Positions 26,910-38,548 of a stretch of DNA of 40,765 bases are shown one piece after another. The notes beneath the pieces were generated by a model. The model did not search any database. It was not told the origin of the DNA and was given only the letters and a program-made list of their open reading frames with translations. The translations under genes were made by a program, and so were the position numbers. Source of the stretch: Myxococcota bacterium (lineage in GTDB: Bacteria > Myxococcota_A > Polyangia > Polyangiales > Sandaracinaceae); assembly GCA_036149055.1 (NCBI GenBank), contig JAYZQJ010000008.1, positions 1-40,765 on the forward strand. The letters run 5' to 3'. Within the stretch, counting starts at the first letter, position 1, and every line of letters begins with the position of its first letter.

Positions 26910-29900
26910 GCCGGGTCATCGGGTGGTCGGCGTGGCTGCCGGGCGCGCGGGGCGCCGACGAGGTGGCGGCGCGGATCGACGCGGCGGAGCCCGCGTTCGA
27001 GACGCTGCCGGAGCTGCGCTGGAGCTGGGACGTCTTCGCGGCCGAGATGCCGCCGGGCCACGCGCGCTGCGAGCGGGGCGCGATCCTCGGCGAGCCGGAG
27101 GTCGACTGGCGCGCGCTGAAGCTGCCGCCGCTCTCGGTCGCGCGCATGCACGCGATGGAGAAGGTGGCGCTCGAGGTGATGGCCACCGCGCTGCGGGACG
27201 CCGGCGTCGCCCCTCGCAGCCCCGCCGGCGAGCGGGTGCGCGTCTATCTGGCGGCCACCACGCTCGGGCCCGATCCCCGGACCGATCACGGCCGCCGGAT
27301 CCGTCGGCACGAGCTGGCGCGGCCGGTCGCGCGGGCGCTGGAGGAGAAGGTCCCCGAGCGCGCGGAGGAGGTGCGGGAGTACGTCGACAGCCTGTTCAAC
27401 CTCGTCGCGCCGCCGGTCGAGCCCGACAGCATGATGAGCTCCGCGAGCATCCTCGCCGGCCGCATCTGCAACCTGTGGGATCTGCGCGGCGGGCACGTGG
27501 CCATCGACGGCTCGGCCGCGTCGTCGCTCGCGGCGCTCGAGGCGGCGCTCGAGGATCTCGCCGACGGCGCCTGCGACGTCGCGCTGGTGGCCGCCGTCTC
27601 GCCGATGCTCACCGCCTCCGGCATGCTCGCGATGGCGCACCGGGGCTTGCTCGGCGCGGCGGCGCCCCGGCCCTTCTTCGCCGGCGCGGACGGCGCGCTG
27701 CTCGGGGAGGGGGCGGCGGCGCTGGTGCTGGACCGCGGCGCGACCGAGGGCGCGCGGACCCGCGGCTGGATCGAGGCGGTCGCCGGGGCGACGCTGCCTC
27801 GCCGGGGCCGCCATCGCCTCCGGGACGCGGTGGCCCGGGCGACCGCGGACGCCTTCGAGCGCGCCGGGGTCTCGGCCGAGGCGGCGGCGTTCGTCGCGTC
27901 CCGCGCCGCGGGCGTCCCGGCGGTGGAGCGCGAGGAGGCGGCCGCCCTCGCCGACGTCTTCGGCAGCGCGGCGCGCGCGCGGGGCCTGCCGCTCGCCTGC
28001 CACAGCCCGGTCTTCGGTCACCTCGGCCCGGCCTCGGGGCTGGTCGCGACGCTGCACGCGCTGATGGCCCTGGAGCGCGGCAGCCTTCGCGCGCCCCTCG
28101 TGGACACGGGCGCGGAGGAGGCGCTCGCGCCGGGGCTGCGGGTCGGAGCCGAAGATCAGCCGCTCGCGCCGGACGCGCGCGCGGGGGTGAGCGACGCGGG
28201 CCTCGCCGGCCGCGCCTACCACGCGGTCGTCGCCGGCCCGGAGGCGCGCCGGGCGCCCCGCATCGAGGCGACGCCGACGCCCGAGCCGCTCGCGATCACC
28301 GGGCTCGGGATGGTCGTGCCGGGCGCGGACGGCGTGGACGCGTTCTGGGACAACGTCGCGCGGCGGGTCGAGTCGATCGGAGATCTGCCGGCGAGCCGCT
28401 GGGACGTCGACTCGTTCATCGACGCCTCGGAGGAGCTGGGCGCGATCCTCAAGACGCGGCTCGCGGCGCCGGTGCGCCTCCCCGCGCCCGACCCGGCGCG
28501 CTTCCGCCTCTCGCCCTCGGCGCTCGAGGAGATCGATCCCGCGGTGCTGCTCTCGATGGCGAGCGCCGAGCAGGCCATCGACGACTCGGGCGGGGTGGAG
28601 GGCTGGGCCAAGCACCGGGTCGCGGTCACCGCAGGGCAGCTCTCGCTGCGCTGGAGCGAGGCCGAGCTGGAGAAGCGCGTGCTCTTCGCCGGGCACGTCG
28701 CCCTCGTCGCCCAGGCGATGCGCGAGTCCGGCTTCGACGGCGCGCGGGTCGACGCCGTCATCGAGGCGGCCCGGGGCGCCTTCGAGGGCCCGCGCTTCGG
28801 CGGCCAGGCGCTCGGCGCCCGCACGAGCCTGGAGTGCGCGGCCCACGTCGCGCGCTTCTGGGGGCTGACCGGCCCGGTGCTCTCGGTGGACGCGGCCTGC
28901 GCCTCCTCGATGGCCGCGATCGAGCGCAGCGCCCGGAAGCTCGCGCGCCGGGAGGCGGACGCCGCGATCGCGATCGGCGTCGCCTACAACCTGCTGCCCG
29001 AGTACTACATCGTGCTCAGCATCCTCGGCGCGCTCTCGCCCCGCGGCGCCCCGCCGTTCCACCTGGGCGCGGACGGCTTCGTGCCCGGGGAGGGCGCGGC
29101 CGCGATCGTGCTCGAGCGGCTGAGCGACGCGCAGGCCCGCGGCGCGAAGGTGCACGCCGTGATCCGCGCCCTCGGCGTGTCGAGCGACGGCGCCGGGCTC
29201 AGCATCTTCGCGCCCAACAGCGAGGGCGAGCAGCGCGCGATCCGGCGCGCGCTCGAGCTCGGCGGGTGGAGCCCCCGCGACGTGGACCTGGTCGAGGCCC
29301 ACGGCACCGGGACGAAGCTCGGCGACGAGACCGAGATCCACTCCTACGCCGCCACCTACGGCGACCGGGATCCGACCCGCCCGCTGACGGTCGGCACGGT
29401 GAAGTCGCAGGTCGGCCACCTCAGCTCGGCCGCCGGCATGGTGGGCATCGTCAAGACGACGCTCGCGGTGCGGGAGGGCGTCTTGCCGCCGACCCTGGGC
29501 GAGGATCCGAGCCCCGAGCTCACCCAGGGGCCCCTGCGGCTGCCGGCGCACGCCCGGGCGTGGGTGGCGCCGGAGGGCCGGGCGCGCCGGGCGGGCGTGA
29601 GCGCCTTCGGGCTCGGCGGGATCAACTACCACGTGCTGCTCGAGGAGGCGCCGACGCCGCCCGAGGAGCGCCGCGAGCGCGCGCGCGGCCTGCCCCAGGC
29701 GCAGCTCCCGGCCCGGGACCCGCTCGCCGATCGCTTCGAGGTCGAGCTGACCCCGGTGAGCCTCGGCGCGCGCGTCCCGCGGACGCCGCTCTCGGGGCGG
29801 GTGGTGTGGGTCCTGCCCGACGCCGGCGGGCTGTGGCGCGCGGTCGGGGCGGCGCTCGAGCAGCGGGGCGCGCGGGTGAGCCTGCTGAGCTCCGGGACCG

Positions 29901-32167
29901 ACGGAGCCCCGCCCGCCGACGGCATCGTCGACCTCGCCACCTTCGGCGCGCCGGTCGAGGGCGACCTCCACGCGCGGGCCAGCGAGGCCACGCGGCGCGC
30001 CCTGAGCACGCTCCGCCCGGTCTACGACCGCTTCGCGCGGGCCCGCCCGGGGGGCGCGTTCTACGCGGCGGTCACCAGCCTCGGCGGAGACCTCGGGCTC
30101 GGCGGCGGGGGAGAGGGAGACCTGGCCGGCGCCGCGCTGCTCGGGCTCGCCAAGGGACTCAAGCAGGAGCTCCCGTCGAGCCTCTGCCGCGGGATCGACT
30201 TCGACCCCCGCGAGGATCCGGAGACGGTCGCCGAGGTGGTGGTCCGGGAGCTCGAGGACGGCAACGACCAGCTCGAGGTGGCGTGGGCCGGGCGCCGGCT
30301 GGTGCCGCGCCTCCGCCGCCTCCCGCTCGGCGAGGACGCGCCCCACCGCCCGATCGAGGCGTCCGACGTGGTCGTGGTCAGCGGGGGCGGCCGCGGCGTG
30401 GTCTTCGAGTGCGCGACGGCGCTGGCCCGGCTCGGCGCCCGGGTGGTCGTCACCGGCCGCACCGCGCTGCCCGACCCCGACGCGCCCTTCCTGGAGCTCG
30501 ACGACGAGGCCTTCCAGCGCTTCGGCCGCGAGCACATGCTGCGACGCCGGAGGGAGGACCCGTCGAGCTCTCCGAAGCGCCTGCGCGCCGAGATCGACGC
30601 CCTCGAGCGGCAGCGCGAGCTGCACGAGAACCTGCGCCGCGCCCGGGCGGACCAGCTCTCGCTCGAGTACGAGGAGTGCGACGTGACCGACCGCGACGCC
30701 GTCACCGCGCTCGTGGAGCGCGTCCGCGCGCGCTGGGGTCCCATCACCGGGCTCGCGCACGGCGCGATGGTGCAGTGGTCGACGCTCGCCTCGCGCAAGG
30801 AGCCGGACAAGGTCGACGCCACCCTCGCGGTGAAGGGCCTGGCGCTCTCGCACCTCCTCGACGCGACCCGGGACGATCCGCTGAAGATCGTGCTCGGCTT
30901 CGGCTCGGGCGCGGGGCGCTTCGGCAACCGCGGGCAGGCCGACTACTGCGCGGCGAACGCGCTGATGGCGGCCCAGATCGCGGCCGCGGGGCAGCGGGAC
31001 CGCCGCGGCGCGCGCTTCGTGACCGTCGACTGGACGGCCTGGGATCAGGTGGGCGCCGCGGTCGAGGACCCGGACCTGACGGAGCTCCTGCGCTCCACCG
31101 GCATCACCTCGATCTCGGTGGAGGAGGGCCTCTACTGGTTCCTCCGCGAGTGGACCGCGGGGGTGAGCTCCGAGGTGGTCGTCTTCGAGGAGCGCATGCT
31201 GCACGACTGGCCGTTCCTCGGCCGGCAGGCGGAGCACGACGCGCGCGGCGCGGTGGAGATCGACGACCTCGGCCGGCCGTTCACGCCGGGCGCGTGGCCG
31301 CTCGTCGACCGGGTGCTGGAGCGCGAGCCGGGGCGCCTCGTCATCGAGCGTCGGCTCGACGCCTCGCGCGACGCGTTCCTCTCGCAGCACCGCTTGCACG
31401 GCGTGCCGATCCTGCCGGCGACCTTCGGCTGCGAGCTGCTCGCCGAGGTGGCCGCGCTCTGCATCCCCGGGATGGAGGTCGAGGAGGCGTACGACGTGCG
31501 CATCCAGACCCCGGCGAAGCTCTTCCGCGAGCGCCCGCTGGTGATCCGGGCCCGCGCGGTGCTCGAGGCGGACGGGGAGGGCGACGCGCTCGTCCGGAGC
31601 GAGTCGCGCTCGCGGCTGACGCTCCGCGGACGCCACCTCGAGGAGCGCGTCCATCACGGCGCGCGCTTCCGCCTGCGGCCGATGGGCACGGCGGCCATCG
31701 AGCCCCGGGTGATCGAGGAGCTCGACGGAGCGGCCAAGGCGCGCTCGTTCTTCCACATGGCGCGCGACCCGGTGACGCTCGGCCCGCTCTACTCCCGCGG
31801 CGAGTGGATCCAGGTGAAGGACGAGGTCGTGGTCGGCCGGATCCGCGCGCCGCGCCAGCGCGACGTCAGCGACCGCACGAGCTACCCGCTCTTCCAGGTC
31901 GATCCCCTCATGATGGACACCGCGTTCCAGATCGCGGCGAACTGGGACGGGCTCGGCGGGGGCCACGTCTCGATCCCTTACGGCCTCGAGCGCCTGCGCA
32001 TGGGCCGCGCGAGGCGCCGCGGGGAGGGCGCGCGGGTGCGGGCGCAGGTCACCCGGGTCGACGACCCCGACGTGTACTACGACATCGACGTGGCGTCGGA
32101 GGACGGCGAGCTGCTCATGGAGATCCGCGGGCTGCATCTCCGGCGCATCGCGAAGGCCGACGGATGA
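26903..32167 (+). CDS. Type I PKS subunit B: KS0-KS-KR-DH (~1754 aa), no AT or ACP
   Basis: ATG 26903 after GGAGG, overlapping the PKS A stop. KS3 DGSAAS/SRAAG (no Cys, no first His); KS4 DAACAS/HGTGT/KSQVGHL; KR SGGGRGV..GRFGNRGQADYCAAN; DH FLSQHRLHGVPILP..MDTAFQ. Confidence 0.9.
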   Translation: MVSRVIGWSAWLPGARGADEVAARIDAAEPAFETLPELRWSWDVFAAEMPPGHARCERGAILGEPEVDWRALKLPPLSVARMHAMEKVALEVMATALRDAGVAPRSPAGERVRVYLAATTLGPDPRTDHGRRIRRHELARPVARALEEKVPERAEEVREYVDSLFNLVAPPVEPDSMMSSASILAGRICNLWDLRGGHVAIDGSAASSLAALEAALEDLADGACDVALVAAVSPMLTASGMLAMAHRGLLGAAAPRPFFAGADGALLGEGAAALVLDRGATEGARTRGWIEAVAGATLPRRGRHRLRDAVARATADAFERAGVSAEAAAFVASRAAGVPAVEREEAAALADVFGSAARARGLPLACHSPVFGHLGPASGLVATLHALMALERGSLRAPLVDTGAEEALAPGLRVGAEDQPLAPDARAGVSDAGLAGRAYHAVVAGPEARRAPRIEATPTPEPLAITGLGMVVPGADGVDAFWDNVARRVESIGDLPASRWDVDSFIDASEELGAILKTRLAAPVRLPAPDPARFRLSPSALEEIDPAVLLSMASAEQAIDDSGGVEGWAKHRVAVTAGQLSLRWSEAELEKRVLFAGHVALVAQAMRESGFDGARVDAVIEAARGAFEGPRFGGQALGARTSLECAAHVARFWGLTGPVLSVDAACASSMAAIERSARKLARREADAAIAIGVAYNLLPEYYIVLSILGALSPRGAPPFHLGADGFVPGEGAAAIVLERLSDAQARGAKVHAVIRALGVSSDGAGLSIFAPNSEGEQRAIRRALELGGWSPRDVDLVEAHGTGTKLGDETEIHSYAATYGDRDPTRPLTVGTVKSQVGHLSSAAGMVGIVKTTLAVREGVLPPTLGEDPSPELTQGPLRLPAHARAWVAPEGRARRAGVSAFGLGGINYHVLLEEAPTPPEERRERARGLPQAQLPARDPLADRFEVELTPVSLGARVPRTPLSGRVVWVLPDAGGLWRAVGAALEQRGARVSLLSSGTDGAPPADGIVDLATFGAPVEGDLHARASEATRRALSTLRPVYDRFARARPGGAFYAAVTSLGGDLGLGGGGEGDLAGAALLGLAKGLKQELPSSLCRGIDFDPREDPETVAEVVVRELEDGNDQLEVAWAGRRLVPRLRRLPLGEDAPHRPIEASDVVVVSGGGRGVVFECATALARLGARVVVTGRTALPDPDAPFLELDDEAFQRFGREHMLRRRREDPSSSPKRLRAEIDALERQRELHENLRRARADQLSLEYEECDVTDRDAVTALVERVRARWGPITGLAHGAMVQWSTLASRKEPDKVDATLAVKGLALSHLLDATRDDPLKIVLGFGSGAGRFGNRGQADYCAANALMAAQIAAAGQRDRRGARFVTVDWTAWDQVGAAVEDPDLTELLRSTGITSISVEEGLYWFLREWTAGVSSEVVVFEERMLHDWPFLGRQAEHDARGAVEIDDLGRPFTPGAWPLVDRVLEREPGRLVIERRLDASRDAFLSQHRLHGVPILPATFGCELLAEVAALCIPGMEVEEAYDVRIQTPAKLFRERPLVIRARAVLEADGEGDALVRSESRSRLTLRGRHLEERVHHGARFRLRPMGTAAIEPRVIEELDGAAKARSFFHMARDPVTLGPLYSRGEWIQVKDEVVVGRIRAPRQRDVSDRTSYPLFQVDPLMMDTAFQIAANWDGLGGGHVSIPYGLERLRMGRARRRGEGARVRAQVTRVDDPDVYYDIDVASEDGELLMEIRGLHLRRIAKADG

Positions 32168-32778
32168 GTGGGCCGCCGGAGGTGCGCGGCGTCTCCTGGG
32201 GCGTCGCGCGCGTCGGCGAGGAGGGCCCCGCGGTGGCGGAGCTCGATCGGCTCGGGCCGCGCGCGACCGAGGCGCGCCGGGCCACCTTCGTCGCCGGCCG
32301 TCGCGCCGCCCACCGCGCGCTCGAGGCCTGCCTCGGCGCCGCGCTCCGGGTGGACGCCGACGCCCTCGGCAAGCCGGTGGTGTCCGCGCCGGGGGTCGAG
32401 CTGTCGATCACCCACGCCGGAGGCTGGGCGCTCGCCGCCGCGGCTCGCGCTCCGCTCGGGGTGGACCTGGTCGAGGTCGAGCCGCTGCCCGACGCGCTGA
32501 TCGAGGACGCGCTGGCGCCGGGGGAGCTCGACGCGTGGCGCGCGCGGATCGCGGACGAGGCGCTCGCCCGCAGCCTCGCCTTCGCGGGCAAGGAGGCCGC
32601 GCTGAAGTGGCTCGGCGTCGGCATGGCGATCCCGCTGCGGCAGGTCCGCCTGACGCCGGGCGCGCAGACGGGAACGCTGCGCCACCCGCACGGCCGGGCC
32701 GAGCTGCCGCTGCGCTGGTTCGAGCTCCGGCCGGCGCTCTGGGCGGTGCTGCTCGGCGGCGGTACCCTCGGGGCGTGA
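32164..32778 (+). CDS. 4'-phosphopantetheinyl transferase
   Basis: ATGA overlap with PKS B. Motifs FVAGR..A, GKP, LSITH, GVDLV and FAGKEAALK. Confidence 0.88.
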   Translation: MSGPPEVRGVSWGVARVGEEGPAVAELDRLGPRATEARRATFVAGRRAAHRALEACLGAALRVDADALGKPVVSAPGVELSITHAGGWALAAAARAPLGVDLVEVEPLPDALIEDALAPGELDAWRARIADEALARSLAFAGKEAALKWLGVGMAIPLRQVRLTPGAQTGTLRHPHGRAELPLRWFELRPALWAVLLGGGTLGA

Positions 32779-33824
32779 ACGCCGCCCTCCGCCCCCTGGC
32801 CACCCTCCGCCTCCTGCCCGCCCTCCGCCTCCTGGCCGTCCTCGGGCTCGCGGCGCTCTGCGCCCTCGCGCCGCCCGACGTGGGCGCGCAGCAGGCGGAG
32901 CCCCAGCACGTGATGCGGCTCGGCTCGCTCATGCCGCGCAACGCGGTGGGCCGCAGAGGCATGGCCCGCTGGAACCGGATGCTCGCCGAGGCCACCGACG
33001 GGCGCCTGCAGGTGCGCATGTACTGGGGCGGTTCGATGGGCGACGAGCGTACGATGGTGCGCCGCATGCGCATCGGCTCGCTGGACGCGGCGAGCCTGAC
33101 GTCCACGGGGCTCTCCATCATTCACCGCCCGGTGCTGGTGATGCAGGCGCCCGGCATCTTCTCCTCCTACGCGCAGGTCGACGCGGTGCGCCGCGAGATC
33201 GGGCCGGAGATGGCGCGGGCGCTCGAGGGGCAGGGCTACGGGCTGCTCGGCTGGGGCGACGCCGGGCGGGTGCGGCTCTTCTCCAAGGAGCCGCTGCGCC
33301 GGCCGACCGACCTGAGGCGCATGCGCCCCTGGGTCCCGCGCACCGACGCCGTCTTCCGCCAGATGCTCTCGGTGGTCGGCGCCAACGGGGTGCCCCTCGG
33401 GGTCGGCGAGGTCTTCGGCGGACTGCGCACCGGCATGATCGACGTGGCCCCCGGCACCGCGCTCGCGGTCGCGGGCCTGCAGTGGTTCACCTCGCTCTCC
33501 TACGCGACCGCGCAGTCGGACGGCTTCCTGATCGGCGGCATGGTGGTGCGCCGGCCGTTCCTCGATCAGCTCTCCGCCGAGGACCGGGCGGCGCTCTTCG
33601 AGATCGCGGAGCAGAACCACGAGCGGCTCCTCCGGCAGACCCGGCGGGCCGACGAGCGCGCGTTCCAGGCGCTCACCCGGCACGGCATCCAGCCGGTCGA
33701 CGTGGAGGCGCATCGGGGCGAGTGGCAGCGCGTCGCGGACCAGACCCGCCAACAGCTGGCCGGTCGGGTGTTTCCGCGGGAGTTGTTGACCCGGGTCGAG
33801 GCGATCGCCGCCCGAACCCGCTGA
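32775..33824 (+). CDS. dctP: TRAP transporter substrate-binding protein (DctP family)
   Basis: GTGA overlap with the PPTase. Signal peptide, then EATDGRLQVRMYWGGSMGDERTMVRRMRIGSLDAA and EVFGGLRTGMID. An 18-nt tandem repeat (about 3 copies, 32781-32834) lies in the signal-peptide coding region. Confidence 0.85.
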   Translation: MNAALRPLATLRLLPALRLLAVLGLAALCALAPPDVGAQQAEPQHVMRLGSLMPRNAVGRRGMARWNRMLAEATDGRLQVRMYWGGSMGDERTMVRRMRIGSLDAASLTSTGLSIIHRPVLVMQAPGIFSSYAQVDAVRREIGPEMARALEGQGYGLLGWGDAGRVRLFSKEPLRRPTDLRRMRPWVPRTDAVFRQMLSVVGANGVPLGVGEVFGGLRTGMIDVAPGTALAVAGLQWFTSLSYATAQSDGFLIGGMVVRRPFLDQLSAEDRAALFEIAEQNHERLLRQTRRADERAFQALTRHGIQPVDVEAHRGEWQRVADQTRQQLAGRVFPRELLTRVEAIAARTR

Positions 33825-33872
33825 AGTAGCGCGGCACAAGCCGCGATTGGCCTGGTATGGTGACAGGGCCGC

Positions 33873-35471
33873 ATGGCGCAGTGGGCTGATCGATACGCGC
33901 TCGAGCAGGTGATCCGGGACGACGGCGCCGGCTCGATCCACGCCGCCTCCGATCGGGAGCGGGGCGACAAGGTGCGTGTGCACCGGGCGGGCGAGGGCGC
34001 GCTCCCGGAGGCGCGCGAGCGGCTCGCCGCGCTCATCGAAGCCCGGGTGGTCCAGCGGGCCTCGAGCCCGGCGCTCGTGCGGCTGCGCGACGGCGGCGTC
34101 GACGAGGAGAGCGGCGACCCCTACCTCGTGGCGCAGGAGATCGAGGGCACCGATCTCGAGGCGCGCCTGGCCGAGGGGCCGCCGCTGACCGTCGAGGCCG
34201 CGCTGCGGCTGGTCATCGATCTGCTGGGCGGGCTCGGGGCGCTGCATCGGCACGACCTCGGCCACGGCGACGTCTGCCCGCGCAACGTGCTCCTCGTGGA
34301 GCGCCCGGGCGGGGTGTCGCCTCGCCTCGATGGGCTGGGGGTGAACGCGGCGCCGTTCCGCGCCGCGCGCGCCCCGTGGCCGGACCACGTGGAGCTCTCG
34401 AGCCTCGCCTACGCCTCGCCCGAGCAGGCCAGCCGCGAGGAGCTCGCGAGCCCGGCGTCGGACGTGTACTCGGCCGCGGCCATGCTCTACGCGATGCTCG
34501 GGGGCCGGGCTCCCCACGCCGGGGAGGACGAGCGCAGCCTCCGGCGCGAGGTCGCGGCCGGGGTCGTGCCCTCGCTGGGCGACGACCCCGTGTTCGCCGA
34601 CTCGCCCCTCGCCGCCCTGCTCGACCAGGCGCTGCATCCCGATCGCGGCGAGCGCATCGACCGGGCGGAGCGGCTGCAGCAGGAGCTCCGCAAGGCCCTG
34701 CTCGGCCTCGGCTCGCTGCGAGGTCAGGAGCTCCCGGTGGGGCCCCGGGTCGCGCTGCCGGCGGCGACGCCCGCGCCGACGGAGGGCGACGGGTTCTTCT
34801 CGGCCGACGACTGGGCCGACGCGGCGCCCGACTCCATCGCGCCGCCGGCGCCGCCCGAGGCGCCGGAGCCGCCCGAGGAGGAGCCGGTCGCCGAGGAGGA
34901 AGCGCCGCCTCCGGAGGCGCCGGCCGCGCGCCGCCTCTACGCGCCGGTGGACCCGTCCGAGTTCGACGACGACGAGGACGAAGAGGAGGAGAGCACCCGG
35001 GTCGGCGTCGTCAGCGAGGCGCTGCTCCTGCAGACGATGCGGGAGCTCGACGAGGCCGAAGGCGACGAGGACGAAGACGAGGACGAGCCGGACGAGCCCA
35101 CCCGGGCCCGCGTCGTCGCGCCGGAGATGCTCGACCTGCTCGAGGCCGAGGACGACGCGGACGGAGAGCCTTCGCTCGAAGCACCGTCGGACGAACCGCG
35201 GTCGGTCGAGGCGCGGTCGGACGAGGCGCCGTCGGTCGGCGCGCTGGCGGAGGCCGCGCCCGAGCCGAGCCCCTCCACGCGTCCGAAGCCTCGCCCCTCG
35301 GTTCGCCCGGTCGGGGCGTTGCCGCCGCCCGACGCGGAGAGCCCCTCCGGCCCGAGCTCGCTCGCCCCGCCGGCGCGGAGGCGAGGGCGCGCGGCCCTGA
35401 CCCTCGTCGCGGCCCTCGCGCTCGGCGTGCTCGCCGCCGCCGTGTGGTTCCTGCTGAACCCCCCGGCTTGA
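33873..35471 (+). CDS. Ser/Thr protein kinase-like membrane protein, probable pseudokinase
   Basis: Kinase C-lobe motifs YASPEQ and SDVYS..AMLY.ML.G..P are kept; the catalytic motifs are degenerate. Acidic Pro-rich linker and C-terminal TM. Confidence 0.8.
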   Translation: MAQWADRYALEQVIRDDGAGSIHAASDRERGDKVRVHRAGEGALPEARERLAALIEARVVQRASSPALVRLRDGGVDEESGDPYLVAQEIEGTDLEARLAEGPPLTVEAALRLVIDLLGGLGALHRHDLGHGDVCPRNVLLVERPGGVSPRLDGLGVNAAPFRAARAPWPDHVELSSLAYASPEQASREELASPASDVYSAAAMLYAMLGGRAPHAGEDERSLRREVAAGVVPSLGDDPVFADSPLAALLDQALHPDRGERIDRAERLQQELRKALLGLGSLRGQELPVGPRVALPAATPAPTEGDGFFSADDWADAAPDSIAPPAPPEAPEPPEEEPVAEEEAPPPEAPAARRLYAPVDPSEFDDDEDEEEESTRVGVVSEALLLQTMRELDEAEGDEDEDEDEPDEPTRARVVAPEMLDLLEAEDDADGEPSLEAPSDEPRSVEARSDEAPSVGALAEAAPEPSPSTRPKPRPSVRPVGALPPPDAESPSGPSSLAPPARRRGRAALTLVAALALGVLAAAVWFLLNPPA

Positions 35472-35475
35472 AGCG

Positions 35476-38126
<2,651 letters not shown>

Positions 38127-38130
<4 letters not shown>

Positions 38131-38504
38131 GCCGCGCCGCCGGGCTCCGGCAGGGGAGCGGTGATGCGCACGCGGTTCCCCGACGGGTCGCGCGCCCGGT
38201 ACTCGAACGCGCCCTCCGCCGACAGGGTCGGCCCGGGCAGCGTCGGCTCGTCGCGCTCGTCGCGTTTCCAGACCCGGTCGAGCACCTCGAGGCTGACCCG
38301 GAGCTCGAGCCGCGGCTTGCCGTCGTCGGGCTCGAGGGCGTCGGTGCGCTCGAGCACGAGCTGTAGCCCGGGGCGCTCCATCACCACCTCGTCGTCGTCC
38401 GCCGCCGCGACGGTGAAGCCGAGCTGCTCGTAGAACGGCGCCGCCTCGCGGGGGTCGAGCACGGGCAGGAGGCAGAGCTCCACGCTGCGGCGGTGGAGGG
38501 TCAT
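38127..38504 (-). CDS. VOC/glyoxalase-like protein
   Basis: PVLDPREAAPFYEQLGF and EYRARDPSGNRVRI motifs; AGGGAG upstream. Confidence 0.8.
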
Positions 38505-38548
38505 CTCCCTTCATTGAACACCCGCGCCCCGGGAAAGTCGAAGGGCGG

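Noticed and set aside
19638..32137. Very long antisense and off-frame ORFs (19638..26855 -, 26603..32137 -, and the upstream parts of 20384..32167 and 26923..32778)
   Set aside because: Shadow ORFs of GC-rich coding DNA, Arg/Gly/Ala-rich with no motifs. Only the 3' portions matching DUF2378, PKS B and the PPTase were kept.
20325..32167. Canonical pfa PUFA synthase or enediyne PksE assignment
   Set aside because: The domain order differs, there is no PfaD-like ER, FabA-type DH pair, AGPAT or TE, and the ACPs lack the Ser, so no gene symbols were assigned.
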